DNA from: Octopus vulgaris
Taxonomy: Eukaryota
Reading direction: 5' to 3'
Length of the DNA stretch: 64,000 bases
NCBI GenBank assembly: GCA_951406725.2
Contig: OX597831.1
Span: forward strand, 496,001-560,000
Numbering within the stretch: the first letter of the stretch is position 1; each line of letters opens with the position of its first letter. The notes under the pieces were generated by a model. The model had not been told where the DNA came from. It was given only the letters and a program-made list of their open reading frames with translations, and did no database searches. Positions 38,881-51,447 of the stretch are shown one piece after another. The position numbers and the translations under genes were made by a program.

Positions 38881-41183
38881 ATATACTTAAAACTGGCGGC
38901 CCTGTAACCTGAATCAGAAATTAGAAAGCATTTTTACCATGAGCCTTCAAAGGAGCCGCTCGAGGTCGTAGAAATAGTAGCAAAATCCCTTCAAATAATT
39001 ACAGTAATATATATATATGGTCGTGGATAGAGTGTCTTATCATAGGTCAAATCTGTTTTTTTTTTAAAGCAACGATCGCAACTACCATTCAATGACTTGT
39101 GCTGTATTATTTATTAGTCATGTATACAAATAATATATTTTATCGATCTCTCCACCTGTCTGTGTATCAATTTATTTGTCTGTTTAAAATCGTCGGCCGG
39201 TCTCTCTGTCTCTATAACCATTCATCTGCATAGACTAATCTATATTAGTTGGTCTATCTATCTATCCACACACACACACACATATCAACTCCACTAATTT
39301 ATAAATGTATATTTCAACACCATTTTACCTATTATAAACTACTTCTAGTCACGCCGCTAATAGTAAAAGTAGAAGGAGGGAGAGAGAGGACAACAGAATT
39401 AAACCCCCCCCCACACACACACACGCACCATCATATCATGATCGTCATCTTTAACACCAACCGTTGGTCCACGACTATGTGTAACAAATATAAATTTACC
39501 ATGTAATTTTTAGAGCTTTTGATGTTGATACACGGCGAGAGAAGAAAGACATCGCGTGGAAATAAATTATGAAAGATCTTAAAAAAGAAAAGAGAGAGAG
39601 AGGGGGAGAGAGAGAAGGGGGGGCGGGCGGGCGAAAGTGAAAGTAGGAAATAAAAAACCCTTAAAAACTCGGCTTATTTGCAAACACACACATATACACA
39701 CATGCATCTACATATACAAACATGCATAATCACAGTATTGAGAATATTTGCACGAGGGTGTAGTTTTTTTGTTCAGCACTGATCGAGTGTGACCACCTCA
39801 TCGTCATTTTCTTTCTTTTTGTTTTTTTACGTATCAGGGAGTGCATCAATCTTTAACGGCCATTTAGCTGCTATTTCTAATACCCCGTCGTTCTGTATCT
39901 ACCATGGACTTATATATTAATCGAACGCGCTTTGAAGGAGATTTGGCCCCAATCTCAAATACTCCGTCGTTTTGTATCTACCAGGGACTATATATTAATC
40001 CAAAGCAGTTTAAAGATGTTGCTACTGTTTCTAGCATGTCTATCGACCATACAGAGGTGCCTTCATCAGAATACAGCACGTAGTGAGGTATGTATTATTA
40101 ACACGACACAAAGTGGCTAGCACTTCTGATTCTAATTAAGATTTAATTAATCAAGTCTATACCTGTATGAAGGTGAACAGGGTTAAGCAATAAGCTCAGT
40201 ATGTGCTCTTTCCTGTCTTTAAAACGGTATAAAAGTGTTGTTTTGGTGGAGATCAGGCTGCCATGTCTTGTAGAAAGAAGAGGAACGAACCTTCGTTGGC
40301 TCGATGGAGGGGGGGGGGGGGAGAAGAAACTGAATAAATAGGCAGAAACCCTTATGCACGTTGTGTAACAAACATCATTAACGGAGTGGAAATTTTGTTA
40401 AATACACAGTAAAATCTACAACTTCATTGGATGTCTTGAAAAACTTTAGAATGAGGACTATCATTAAAAGTTTTTTTTTTGTCATCCAACGTTATATATA
40501 TATATATATGTATGTATGTATGGCATATACAGTCATTATCCATCATATTATATTCATCTTGTGTGTACTTGTGTGTGTGAGTAGTGATGATGAATACTTC
40601 AAGGTGGTGGGTAAGTTTCGTTTTTCATTGTTGGCTACGTATGAGTTTAAATGATTCAAAATGGCAATGTCTGTGTGTTTTGTGTTTGTGGTAACTAAGA
40701 TATATCCATAACAATCACCACTCACGCAACCAGGGCATGAAACACATGCAATGTCTGTCTTTCCCCGTGTCAGTTCGCGTGTGTGTGTATGAATGCTAAT
40801 TAGAATACAAAGACAAGCAGCAGAATCAGACGAAACAGATAGGCAAGACAAACAAACAAACCCCCACCAAAAAAAAGCACAACGATAAATAAATACAAAG
40901 GTTTATCTTCTAATATATTTCACACTCACATTTATAGGATGCTTCAGGTGAATATATGATAGGGTGAGGATTAGACAAGATACATGACATTGATGGATGG
41001 ACAAAGAAATAGACACGCAGAGAGTGACCGTTGTATGTAAACACATCATTTGTCGACATGACTCCTCCGTGAATAATAAACATTCTGCAATTTATTGACA
41101 GCTTTATGTACGTTTGGATGGATAAACGTGGGAAAAATGCATTCGATAAACGTAGTGTAGAGTATAGTTATTCGTTCGAAGCT

Positions 41184-41348
41184 GGAGTGGCTGTGTGGTA
41201 AGTAGCTTGCTAACCAACCACATGGTTCCGGGTTCAGTCCCACTGCGTGGCATCTTGGGCAAGTGTCTTCTGCTATAGCCCCGGGCCGACCAATGCCTTG
41301 TGAGTGGATTTGGTAGACGGAAACTGAAAGAAGCCCGTCGTATATATG

Positions 41349-41385
<37 letters not shown>

Positions 41386-41580
41386 CTGTGTTTGTCCCCC
41401 TAGCATTGCTTGACAACCGATGCTGGTGTGTTTACGTCCCCGTCACTTAGCGGTTCGGCAAAAGAGACCGATAGAATAAGTACTGGGCTTACAAAGAATA
41501 AGTCCCGGGGTTGATTTGCTCGACTAAAATGGCGGTGCTCCAGCATGGCTACAGTCAAATGACTGAAACGAGTAAAAGAG
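41184..41580 (+). mobile_element. SINE family A, young copy
   Basis: Consensus match. Confidence 0.95.
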
Positions 41581-42139
41581 ATTCATTGTGATCGCGGCGG
41601 ACAAAATGCTTAGTGGTTTTTCTTCCAGGTCTAAACGATCAAAGTTCAAATTCCGTGGATGTCGACCTTTATACCCTTCATCTTCCCGGGGGTCGATAAA
41701 ATAAGTAAGTGCCAGTTGAACACCGTGACTAATGTAACCGATTAAGCTCTCCCCTCCCTGTAAAATAATTAATATAAATAGAATAAAGAAAATGTTGGCC
41801 ATGCGCCAAAATTTGAAACCGTTATTATCATTATTTTGTTTGCTATGTGCAATCCTGCAAATGACATAAAATGGTAGAGCTTACTATGTTGAGGTCATGC
41901 ACACGGGTAATTAATGATATGCACGATTCATTAGTGAGTGAAGTGGTTCCAGACGAGAATCGAAACCGCTGATTGCATGTGCACGCCATCTTACCGCCAT
42001 TAGCAAATAATAATAATAGCAAAACGAGAGATGAAGATAATAGAGTTGATAGGTTACACATGCACACAGACCAAAGCCCGAGAAATTTATAAGAGTTTTT
42101 TTGTGTCCATTAACATTCTGTAATCCATAAACCAACGAG

Positions 42140-42340
42140 ACAGCTGCTTACCCGGTCGCTCAATTAGATAAAAGAAATAGCAGCCAAAATCTCCCTCAAT
42201 TAACACACCCTGCCGGCTTTTAAAACGATGACACGGAAGAAGTACTCTTATATACACCGTATTTGACTAAAAAGAAGAAGAAAAAAAAAGACGAGATGGT
42301 CACATTTGAAAAGCCTTTTGATCAGGGAATGATTTAGGCT
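42140..42340 (-). repeat. Ancient dispersed repeat (gagatttggctgctatttctag family); about 15 degenerate copies, e.g. 2230, 3000, 12665, 13960, 18160, 18370, 18600, 38960, 39990, 42720, 43270, 46320, 51480, 52030, 52330
   Basis: Recurrent motifs gggtgtgatttgagggagatttggctgctatttctagcaggtcgagcgacc and tttagcccc..ggtca..ccagccatggccatccc. Confidence 0.7.
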
Positions 42341-43769
42341 TAAACATCGTACCTAGCAGTTTTAAAACTAGTTGGTCTTTGATATATAATTAACGCAGTC
42401 AGAAATTTGAAGAGCTATATAAATAAATATTGATCGGTATATAAACCACACACATACGTACATGTGCGCGCGTGTAAACATTAAAAAAACCGATAGAGGT
42501 AAAAGCTTTTCGGCGTCATTATATATACACAAACTTCTTGGATTGCTGATAAGAGCATGAAAACTAAAGCATGTGTCTAAATGAAAACACCGTACACATT
42601 AATTCACACACGTATGTATCGTACACTTAGTTGCTTAACTCACTAGAATCAAATTCAGCCCAACTATGGCAATCTCCTCTGTTTAGGGTTTATGTCTAAT
42701 GCGTCCTCTTCCCAGTAGGGTGAGATTTGGCTGCTATTTCTAGACGATCGAGCGACCATATCGAGGCTTCCTTATTTGGCTCGTGAACTTTATTTCAACC
42801 ATATGTGGCCTCGGCTTCGAATGTACGCACACGTGTGTGTGTGTATGTATTTCTTTTGTACCTCGAAATAAACAATTTTATATATATATATATTCCTTGC
42901 TGTTAGGAGATCGATCAGCACCGAGATGGTTCCGCTAGGATAATAACATCGGTTTTCCTTTTGGAAAATTGCCAGACCCCTTGCTCAAACCATCGCTAGT
43001 TGTAGAGAAAGGGCCAATGTGAACGTCCCTCACCACCAATGAATTCCAATTCAGAGAGAGAGAGAGAACCGATGCAAGTAGGTCCTTTATCGGCTGGGAA
43101 GGATGAAAGGCAAAGTCGACCTCGGCGGGTTTTGAACTGAGGGAGCGATAATAACAAAGTATTCCTGACGAACTTCTAATGATTCTCTCGCACCTCATGT
43201 GTGTGAGGCGGATAAGTTATGAATACCTAATCACAAGAACAGCAAACAATTGTGCCTCTACATGATCACTCAACTGCTAGAAATAGTAGCTTAAATTTCC
43301 CTAATTTTGCACTCTATATCTTAATATATATTTAGCATATCTTGGAAACAAGATATGCGATGATGAAAAAAAAAGGCAGCAGGATGGTCTTATTTGGAAC
43401 GCTTCTGATCACAGCTCCTCACCCATAATCAATGACGACTTGAAGAATATAGATCGTTAATGCATATAAAATAATGGAGAGAGAAATCAAGCTAGGATTG
43501 AAACAAAAGACTGAGGTAAAAAGATACAAACAAGCCTCGGTTACTCATTCGAATACCGCACAGCCAAGTGTCAAGACAGTTTGATTTAAACGTGTGTTCG
43601 TGGCATTATATATTCGTGTGTGTGTATGTGTGTATATATATATATATATATAGTAAATGCTAGAGCTGCTACTGTTGCTGTTGACATGGCGCTGACAACA
43701 TTCGCATACACTCGCTTTTGTTTTCTCGCAATTACAACCATTCACTCAACCCCTGCTTCTTATTGTATT

Positions 43770-44330
43770 AATTTCTCTCTCTCTCACTCTCTCTGACTCA
43801 TCCCATATCTTCCTCTGCTCTTCTCACTATCACTCTCATACCACTGTCACGCACTTTTACTTCTTTCTTACAATGTCAGTTGTGTTAATCTCTCTCTTTC
43901 TCTCTTTGTTTCCCCAAACTCATCCCACAACTCTTCCCTTCACTCTTCTCCTATACCCACTACTTTCGTCGCTATCACTCACTCAATCTATACTTATGGC
44001 ATTTTCTCCTACTCCCCTCACTATCTTATCTCACACTCTCTTACTATCACTCCTATAATCGCTATTACCCTACCCATTACTCACTCTATTTATACTCATA
44101 CCACTTTCTCTCACCCTCACCGTGTTAGTGTCTCTCTCATTCCAAACCTCTCCTCATATACACCCTCTGTTGTCTGCTGTTATTTCTCACACTTCGCCCC
44201 CTATTACTATATTAGCATTTCTCTCATCATATAGGGGGGGGTGTATTGGTCTAGTTTTCCTATTACCTTCACTCATTTTTCTTTCTTTCTTTTCATCCCC
44301 CCTCTCTCTCTCTCTCACTCCGTGTCTTTT
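43770..44330. repeat. Long pyrimidine-rich (CT) low-complexity tract; purine-rich counterparts at 10560-10920, 15920-16270, 50500-51100, 52820-53530
   Basis: Visible strand-asymmetric CT/GA composition. Confidence 0.85.
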
Positions 44331-44814
44331 AACCTCTTGTATCAAATTCTCTCGTCACATAAGCTGCTGCTCCTGCTACTGGAGTTGGCATGGCGCTGAA
44401 AAACAGTACCCACAATAACACTTACTCGCTCTCTCTACGAGACATCTCTTCCTCTCCCTCTTTAGCTGTTGTTGCTGCTATGGTTGCAGAGAAACAACAC
44501 ATTCTTTTCTCGTTTCACTCACTCACTCAATCTTGCTCTTATTTCTTTATTCTTTTCATTTGTAACTTCATTCTTTCTTTTCAGAGAGCATTTTGTTTCT
44601 ATGTTTACCATGACGTCTCTCTTCCCATCGCTGCGTACGTCGTGTGTTCGTGTTTATTCCTCTGTATTCCTTTACGTCTGCCTGTTTTTTTTTTCCTAAC
44701 CAAAACAACCACACGCATCAGCTGTCACATTTTCGTGTTTTTCAGAATAAGTATTCCTTCCTACTTAAAACTTCCACACCGCCTCCCTTAATGAAGACTG
44801 TCTCTTTATTTACC

Positions 44815-44961
44815 TATTTCTTTATTACCCACAAGGGGCTAAACACAGAGGGGACAAACAAGGACAGACATAGGTATTAAGACGATTACATCGACCCCAG
44901 TGCGTAACTGGTACTTAATTTATCGACCCCGAAAGGATGAAAAGCAAAGTCAACCTCGGCG
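44815..44961 (-). mobile_element. 5'-truncated young SINE B with a 13-bp TSD
   Basis: ctctttatttacc at 44802-44814 and 44962-44974. Confidence 0.92.
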
Positions 44962-45187
44962 CTCTTTATTTACCATCAACTTCTCGGTACAACCCCGTCC
45001 TAACCCTTTATCTTATTCACTTTACCGCCTCCTATCTATGAAACTATGTCCTCTTCCCCTCCTATATATATATATACACACACATATATATATATATATG
45101 ATCTAAGTTATATGATGTATAAAAAATGTAATATACAAATAAATATCTGTAAATATAAACCATCCGATTTTCTGAGCACCTCATTTC

Positions 45188-45242
<55 letters not shown>

Positions 45243-48200
45243 GAAAAAAGATGTTCAGAATGCTGGATAGTTGTAAAAATACATATTTATTTACACATAT
45301 CACATATTATAACTTCATATTAGCGCTTTCAACTACTCCTGTAGTTTCATCAGAAATATATACACACATACATGTATGTATGTATGCAATTACTTTTCAC
45401 TGCGACTGTCCTACTCGCAACTCCACACTATCCCCTTCGATCTATTAACGTCTCTATACTTCCTTCGTTATGTAAAACTGTCTCTCTATCTCGCACATTC
45501 CGATCGTTTGTCCCCCTCCGTTAATGCAACCATGTCGTTCTGAAAATAATCATCTCAGTCCATTCCTCTCGACACCCATCCACAATTTTTCTCTCTAGCC
45601 TTTACCTACATTATGAAGCGCCATCTAACATCTCCCCCTCTCTCTCCTATATCTAGCTCACTCATCCTATCCCCTCAGTTTCTATAAACAAATATATTTA
45701 CTCCTCCTTTTCCTCTCAACGTGGCGGCACCTTTCGTATATATCTCTTACCTCTTTCTCTCACTGTTCTCCTACTTCGTCTTTCATCACTTCGTCCTCTC
45801 TCTCTTTCTCTCTGGAACCAGGCAACAATCGTGCCGTTTGTTCATCGCGACTATACGAGACCAGGCCATGCTGGAGCAACCACTTTATATATATTTACAT
45901 TTGAATACATCGTTTACAACCTTTGGAAAAACCATAAAATATCTCGTTCAAATTACAATTTTGTTGCTATTTAAATTATCTAAAAATTTTTAATGTTACA
46001 AACTGATAACGAAAATAAATTGGTTCTTAATTAGGCACAACGCAAGTATTTTTGAGGGGAGGGGAAAAGCTGGTCGATTGCGTCGACCTCACGATGTAAC
46101 TAGATCTTTTTTCCTCCTATCGACTCCAAAAGGATGCATGGAAAAAGTCAACCACGGCATTATTTTAACACCGACAAAAATAGAAAATAAATACAGCAAA
46201 ATTTTTTATTATTAATGTGTTATTACAATGAATTTTATTATCGTTGTTGAAAATAAAAAAAATTAAGTATATTAAAATTATTTCAAAAACACCCGAAATA
46301 TTTATCTAATCCATGTTATTTAGCCCCCAAGGCCATTCTCAAAGATTTTTTTCAGTTTATTTCAAACTACATTGTCGAATACATTTCCTTTGTCTTTTTG
46401 GCGAAGTTGGGAGTGATTTGAGAGATTTGGTTACTACTTCTAGGAGGTTTAGTCAACCACGTAGAAGCTCCTTTGTTGAGTAAGTGTGTAGTAAGATTCA
46501 TGGTGTACTGCATAGAGAGAGAGTCACGTTGTTTCCTTGCTGTGTTTACAGCAATTAAAGTTTTGATTTAAGGGAGATTTAGCTATCATTGCTTGTTGAA
46601 ACGACAAGGTACGTGTGGTGAGGTTTCACCATGAGTGTACACTATTTATACTTATTTTTAGTAGGCGTTAAGGAGATCGTACCTCAAAGAAGTAAAACAA
46701 CTGCCCACGGCTGTTTTGAAAGAGTATAGTAACAACTACAACCACCACCACCACAATAATAATAATCAGGTCGAATCCAATGACTAATACTACATCTCCT
46801 TAGAACACGAAATCGGTTTTCATTTAGCCACACCTCATCGATATTTCACTTATGTAGAGGCTGACTATATCGATAGATTTATTATTATATGCCTCTCGCT
46901 CGCTTAATGTTGTTTTATTATATATACAACGTGAAATTCCAGTTGCGCAAGAAAAGAAAATCCAGTTTAAATTAAATAAAATAAAATTCTGGTGAAAAGA
47001 ACTGACTTTAAATGAATAAATATATCCTTAACACTAAATGTATTTAATGTTTCCTTTCTATTTAGTTTACAAACTGTAAAACTTGCATACACACACATTC
47101 ACATACAGATAGGTGCACAAATTCCAAAATATTATTGACAATTACCCCCACCTCTCAGTCAGCATGAATCGAGTTATTTCTGTCTGTACGTCAACCTTGT
47201 CTAGTGAAATATCCAGCATTCATCCGCTCTATACCTCGATAAAACATGCTCACAAGTAGTAACTAGATCAACATGAAATACCTCATATTTCACCATAAGT
47301 GAGAGAGAGAGAGAAAAAAAGCGACTGAAGTAAAAAAAGAAATAATACCCCCCCCCTCTCTACCGAATCTCATGTGATATGTATACATACACATTTACAT
47401 CTATCTCTCTATCTTATCTATCCATACACTTCAGGCCCCAAAATTATTACAACAAATGAAGCGATCAGCCTTGCACATGTTCGTTTGTTACTGCTTTTCC
47501 GTTTTTCATATAAAATCTTCCTTGTCTACCTTTCTGCAACATACATACACACACACATACGCGCGCGTGTAAATTGATTATCACTATCATCACTACTAGC
47601 AAATTGTATTAAAGTGAAAGTCGAATGTGTTGTAAATTCGATTTTATTCGCCCTCAGAGGGTTGCACCAAGTCGTAAAAGCCTCAGCAACAACAGACAGT
47701 ACGGGGTAACACGACCTGGCAAGAAATTCGCATAAAACTAATCATACTCTACTTCTAATATTAGAGAAAAAAAAAAGCAAGAGATGGTCATGAGGAGAGC
47801 GCTTTTTCGTAATAAAATCGGTTGGCTCATCTGACTTGTGAAAAGAAGGTTATTTTCTGTAAAAAGGCGCAAAAGCGATTAGAATGACCCCCTAGTATTA
47901 TTAACTGGTATTTAGTTCATCGTCCTTGGAGAAATATGAATTCACAACGTACAGGAGCGATGGGGGTGAGAAAACCGTCCCCATTCATTCTTCATAAAAT
48001 TGGAAGTCACCCGTGAATGCCTAATGCATTTTTTGTCTGGGAAGAACAATTTCTACGACAGAAATTAGACTGGGCGTAAGTTCTCTAAGGATAAAAATAT
48101 ATATACTCCTCACTCGCAAACACACACATATATATATATGCATATATATACGGCTACTATAGTATGTATATGTAAATAGAACAGTGTATAACAAGTATGT

Positions 48201-48399
48201 AATTTTTATAGCAATGACGATGAAAGAAGAATGTAACTATTTTATGCTTGGTTTTTTTCTTCATATATAGCAATCGAAATGTGTTATTTTGTTCTGGTCT
48301 ATCTATCGTTCCTACTTCTTTGCTAGTGTACGAGAATATTTAATGCAGAGTGTCTGCCTAACAACACCAGAGGACAACCACAGCACGCAACAACTTCAC

Positions 48400-48690
48400 G
48401 CTCACTTTTCATAAACACGGGTAATTAGCTGCAAGAACAACAGAATAACGGAGTAGCTGAGGGACGAATGAAGGAAAAGCAGTATCGAGTTGGTGATGAA
48501 CGAACGAACGAATGGAAGGAAGGAATGAAGAAGACAAGTCAACGAACGAAATTGTTGGAACTATCGAACGGAAGGAAAAAAAAAAACGACAGACTGGAGG
48601 ACGAATAAACTGATAAAATAATCCAACAGATATAAAAGGAATAATATAAAGATCGATGAATATGAGGTTAAGTTGATAAATAAAAGGTAA
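48400..48690 (+). promoter_or_regulatory. Candidate non-coding first exon
   Basis: CpG-rich (GAAC)n/(GGAA)n leader-like sequence resembling 16430-16470, ending at donor-like aag|gtaagg near 48688. Confidence 0.22.
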
Positions 48691-50184
48691 GGAAGAAACG
48701 AATAAAGGAATCTAATAAATGAACGACTAAATAGAGAGAGGAAAGAAAAAGATATTCGAACAGAATACAATGAACGACAGCCTAACCGTAATTTAGGAAG
48801 TTAAATTTATTAGGAAGCCAACGAGCACAAAATATGTCAGAAATTTAAACTATATATATCTATATATCACTGATATGAATTAGAGATGAGAGTATTTTAA
48901 AATAGCAATTTTTTTTTTGTGAAAAAAAAGAAAAGCTTACATGTTTCTGTAGAGGTACACATGACTGCAATATTGGGAATCCTTATAAGTTTCAAGTACA
49001 GATTGTGGGGGGGAAATAAGATATTTACAATTACTACTAGAGGATATAAATTTTGTTATTATGAAGATTATATATTCTTCAATCAAGCGATGCGTGTAAA
49101 ACCAAGCATTTTTCAAAATTTTCGACAGCGTGGATACTATAGATGAGTGTGTGTGTACCTCAATTTCGTGTCGCAAAACGAGCAATTTTTTGTGGAGGAA
49201 TATAAACAAAACAAAACCAATTATCTTCGACAAACAACTGGTAGTTTTCTGAGTGTCTATAAACACTTAAGTAATGTGTATACAATATATATATATACAC
49301 GCTTAGTCAAATTCAATAGCAATATGGCTGAGGGACAGTTCTGCCTAACTCTATATACAAAGTGAGGGTTTTACAGATTTAATAATACAGAAGATCCCAT
49401 TCAATCTGTTGTGAGCCAAAGGAAAAAAAAATTATAATTATCGCTAATTATATATATATATATATATATAAGGCAGTTAGTTTGATAATTCATTTTAGGT
49501 TTCTAGCCCTCCCCTCGTCTTGCAATATTCTGGGGTCGATTCAATTAAACGAAGTACAATAGAAGACCCTGGCTGTCCTCTACCAGAAAATAAAAATATC
49601 ATTGCTGTCTTCCGTTCAAATAAATCAATATTAATATCAAATAAAGTGTTTAATATATTATATGTGCGTATAATATGCGTGTGTATATAAATGTAAAAAA
49701 GTTTCTGCTGAAATCGGAGAAATTACTTTCGTCGTTGGTTGAATTTTTAAACATTAATCTAACAATTATGTTTGCTAATTTACGAAAAATATCATTTTAC
49801 AATGAAAGGAATGAATAAAATATATATTTATAAACTAACACAAAATCCATAATCGAACAAGGTAGGGGTGAAAGAAAGAATATAGTTTAGAAAGCAACGA
49901 AAGACGGTGAATGAAAGAAAGAAGAAATGAAGCCAGCAAGGAAGAAGAAAATATGTGTAGTTTTCTTTTTTTTTTGTGTAATAAACAGCAGTTTGAATAA
50001 TATGAAGGTGAAGGTTGATTGTGAAAATGTCTAGCGGCAACCCCAATTCAATTGGTGTCTCTTCCTTTCTTCGCTCTATTACTATTCGTCCGTGCTCTCG
50101 TCTCTGTTATTCTTTCTATCCTTCCACAACACGACGTTGCAAAAATTTCGGAAGTGGAAGGTGGCGCAGACTATATATTACATG

Positions 50185-50227
<43 letters not shown>

Positions 50228-51248
50228 GAAAAGGCTTCCGCCCGTTTTTATACATTATATATATATATATATACACACACACATTATAGGTATATATATA
50301 TACACATTATGTGTATGTATATATATACATTATGTGTATGTATATATATATATATACCTATAATGTGTAGAATATATGTATGTTATATATAGATATATAT
50401 ATATATATACACAGATACCACATTGAGTGTGTCTATGAAATGAAGGGGGGGGACACCCATAGGCAGTTATGTCGATCAATGAGAGACAATCGCCGGGTTG
50501 TAATGAGAGAAAGAAAGAGAAAAAAAAGCGACAGAAGTTGGTTGGGGAAAAGAGAAAGGAGAGTAATGGAGAGAACATGTGTATCTAGATTTTCTAGTTT
50601 TGATTATATGAAGAAGGAAAGAGAAGAAAAAAATAGATTGGGATGAAATGTCGTCTTGGGTGTGAGATTGTAATCTCAGTACGAGTGAAAGGTTGATATA
50701 GAGAGGGGGAAGAGAATTTAGTAGGAATGAGAGGAGGAGGAGAGATAGAGAGAAGGAGGTTATTGTGTGAAGTGGAGAGTGGTGTTGAGGTGACAGAGAC
50801 GGGGGAAGGGAACAGAGGGAGTACAAAGGAAAGAGAGAGAGAGAGACAAGTATGAAATTCCGGTTTGAGGATAAGTGGGAGGTAGCTATAAGACATGGTA
50901 AGAGATAAGGCGATAGAAAAAGACGGGCAGAGAGTGGTGTGTAAGAGGAATAAGAGGGGGATGTAGTGGTGAGAGAAAGAAAGACAGGAATATGACAGAG
51001 AGAGAGAGGGGGATGTAGTGGTGAGAGAAAGACAGGAATATGACAGAGAGAGAGAGAGAGGGAGAGTGGTAAGAGGAAGACAGAGAAAAGAGTGGAATGA
51101 ATAACGCGTGCGTGCGTGGTAGAGCGGACGTCTCTGTAGTTGTGACATGACAAACAGTTTTGATGATGGTAGGACAGATGGAGATTAATATTTGGAAGTA
51201 GACTGGCTTCTTGTCTAGGTATGACCGAGACACTTAATGCAGCGGTGG

Positions 51249-51447
51249 TGGATCTTGTTTAAAACCTCTTGAAGTATTTCAAATTTTCACCCCGACTGTT
51301 TTTGGTTTTTTTTAATGTAGTTTTACATACTCGACGAAATTCCGCTTTAATTTTTTTTTTCTTTCTAGAATTTAATAAAGAAGTTACATCATGTGTAGGA
51401 AATTTGAAATACTTTCAAGTGGTTGGACGAAATTTAATATAAGATCC
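51249..51447. repeat. Small MITE-like inverted repeat
   Basis: ggatctt..ttgaagtatttcaaattt matches the reverse complement of aaatttgaaatactttcaa..aagatcc. Confidence 0.7.

Noticed and set aside
50476-51233. Longest ORFs in the track (225, 184 and 115 aa) and similar ones at 10407-10890, 15925-16206, 52567-53511
   Set aside because: Leu/Ser/Phe-rich translations of CT/GA low-complexity tracts that lack stops by composition
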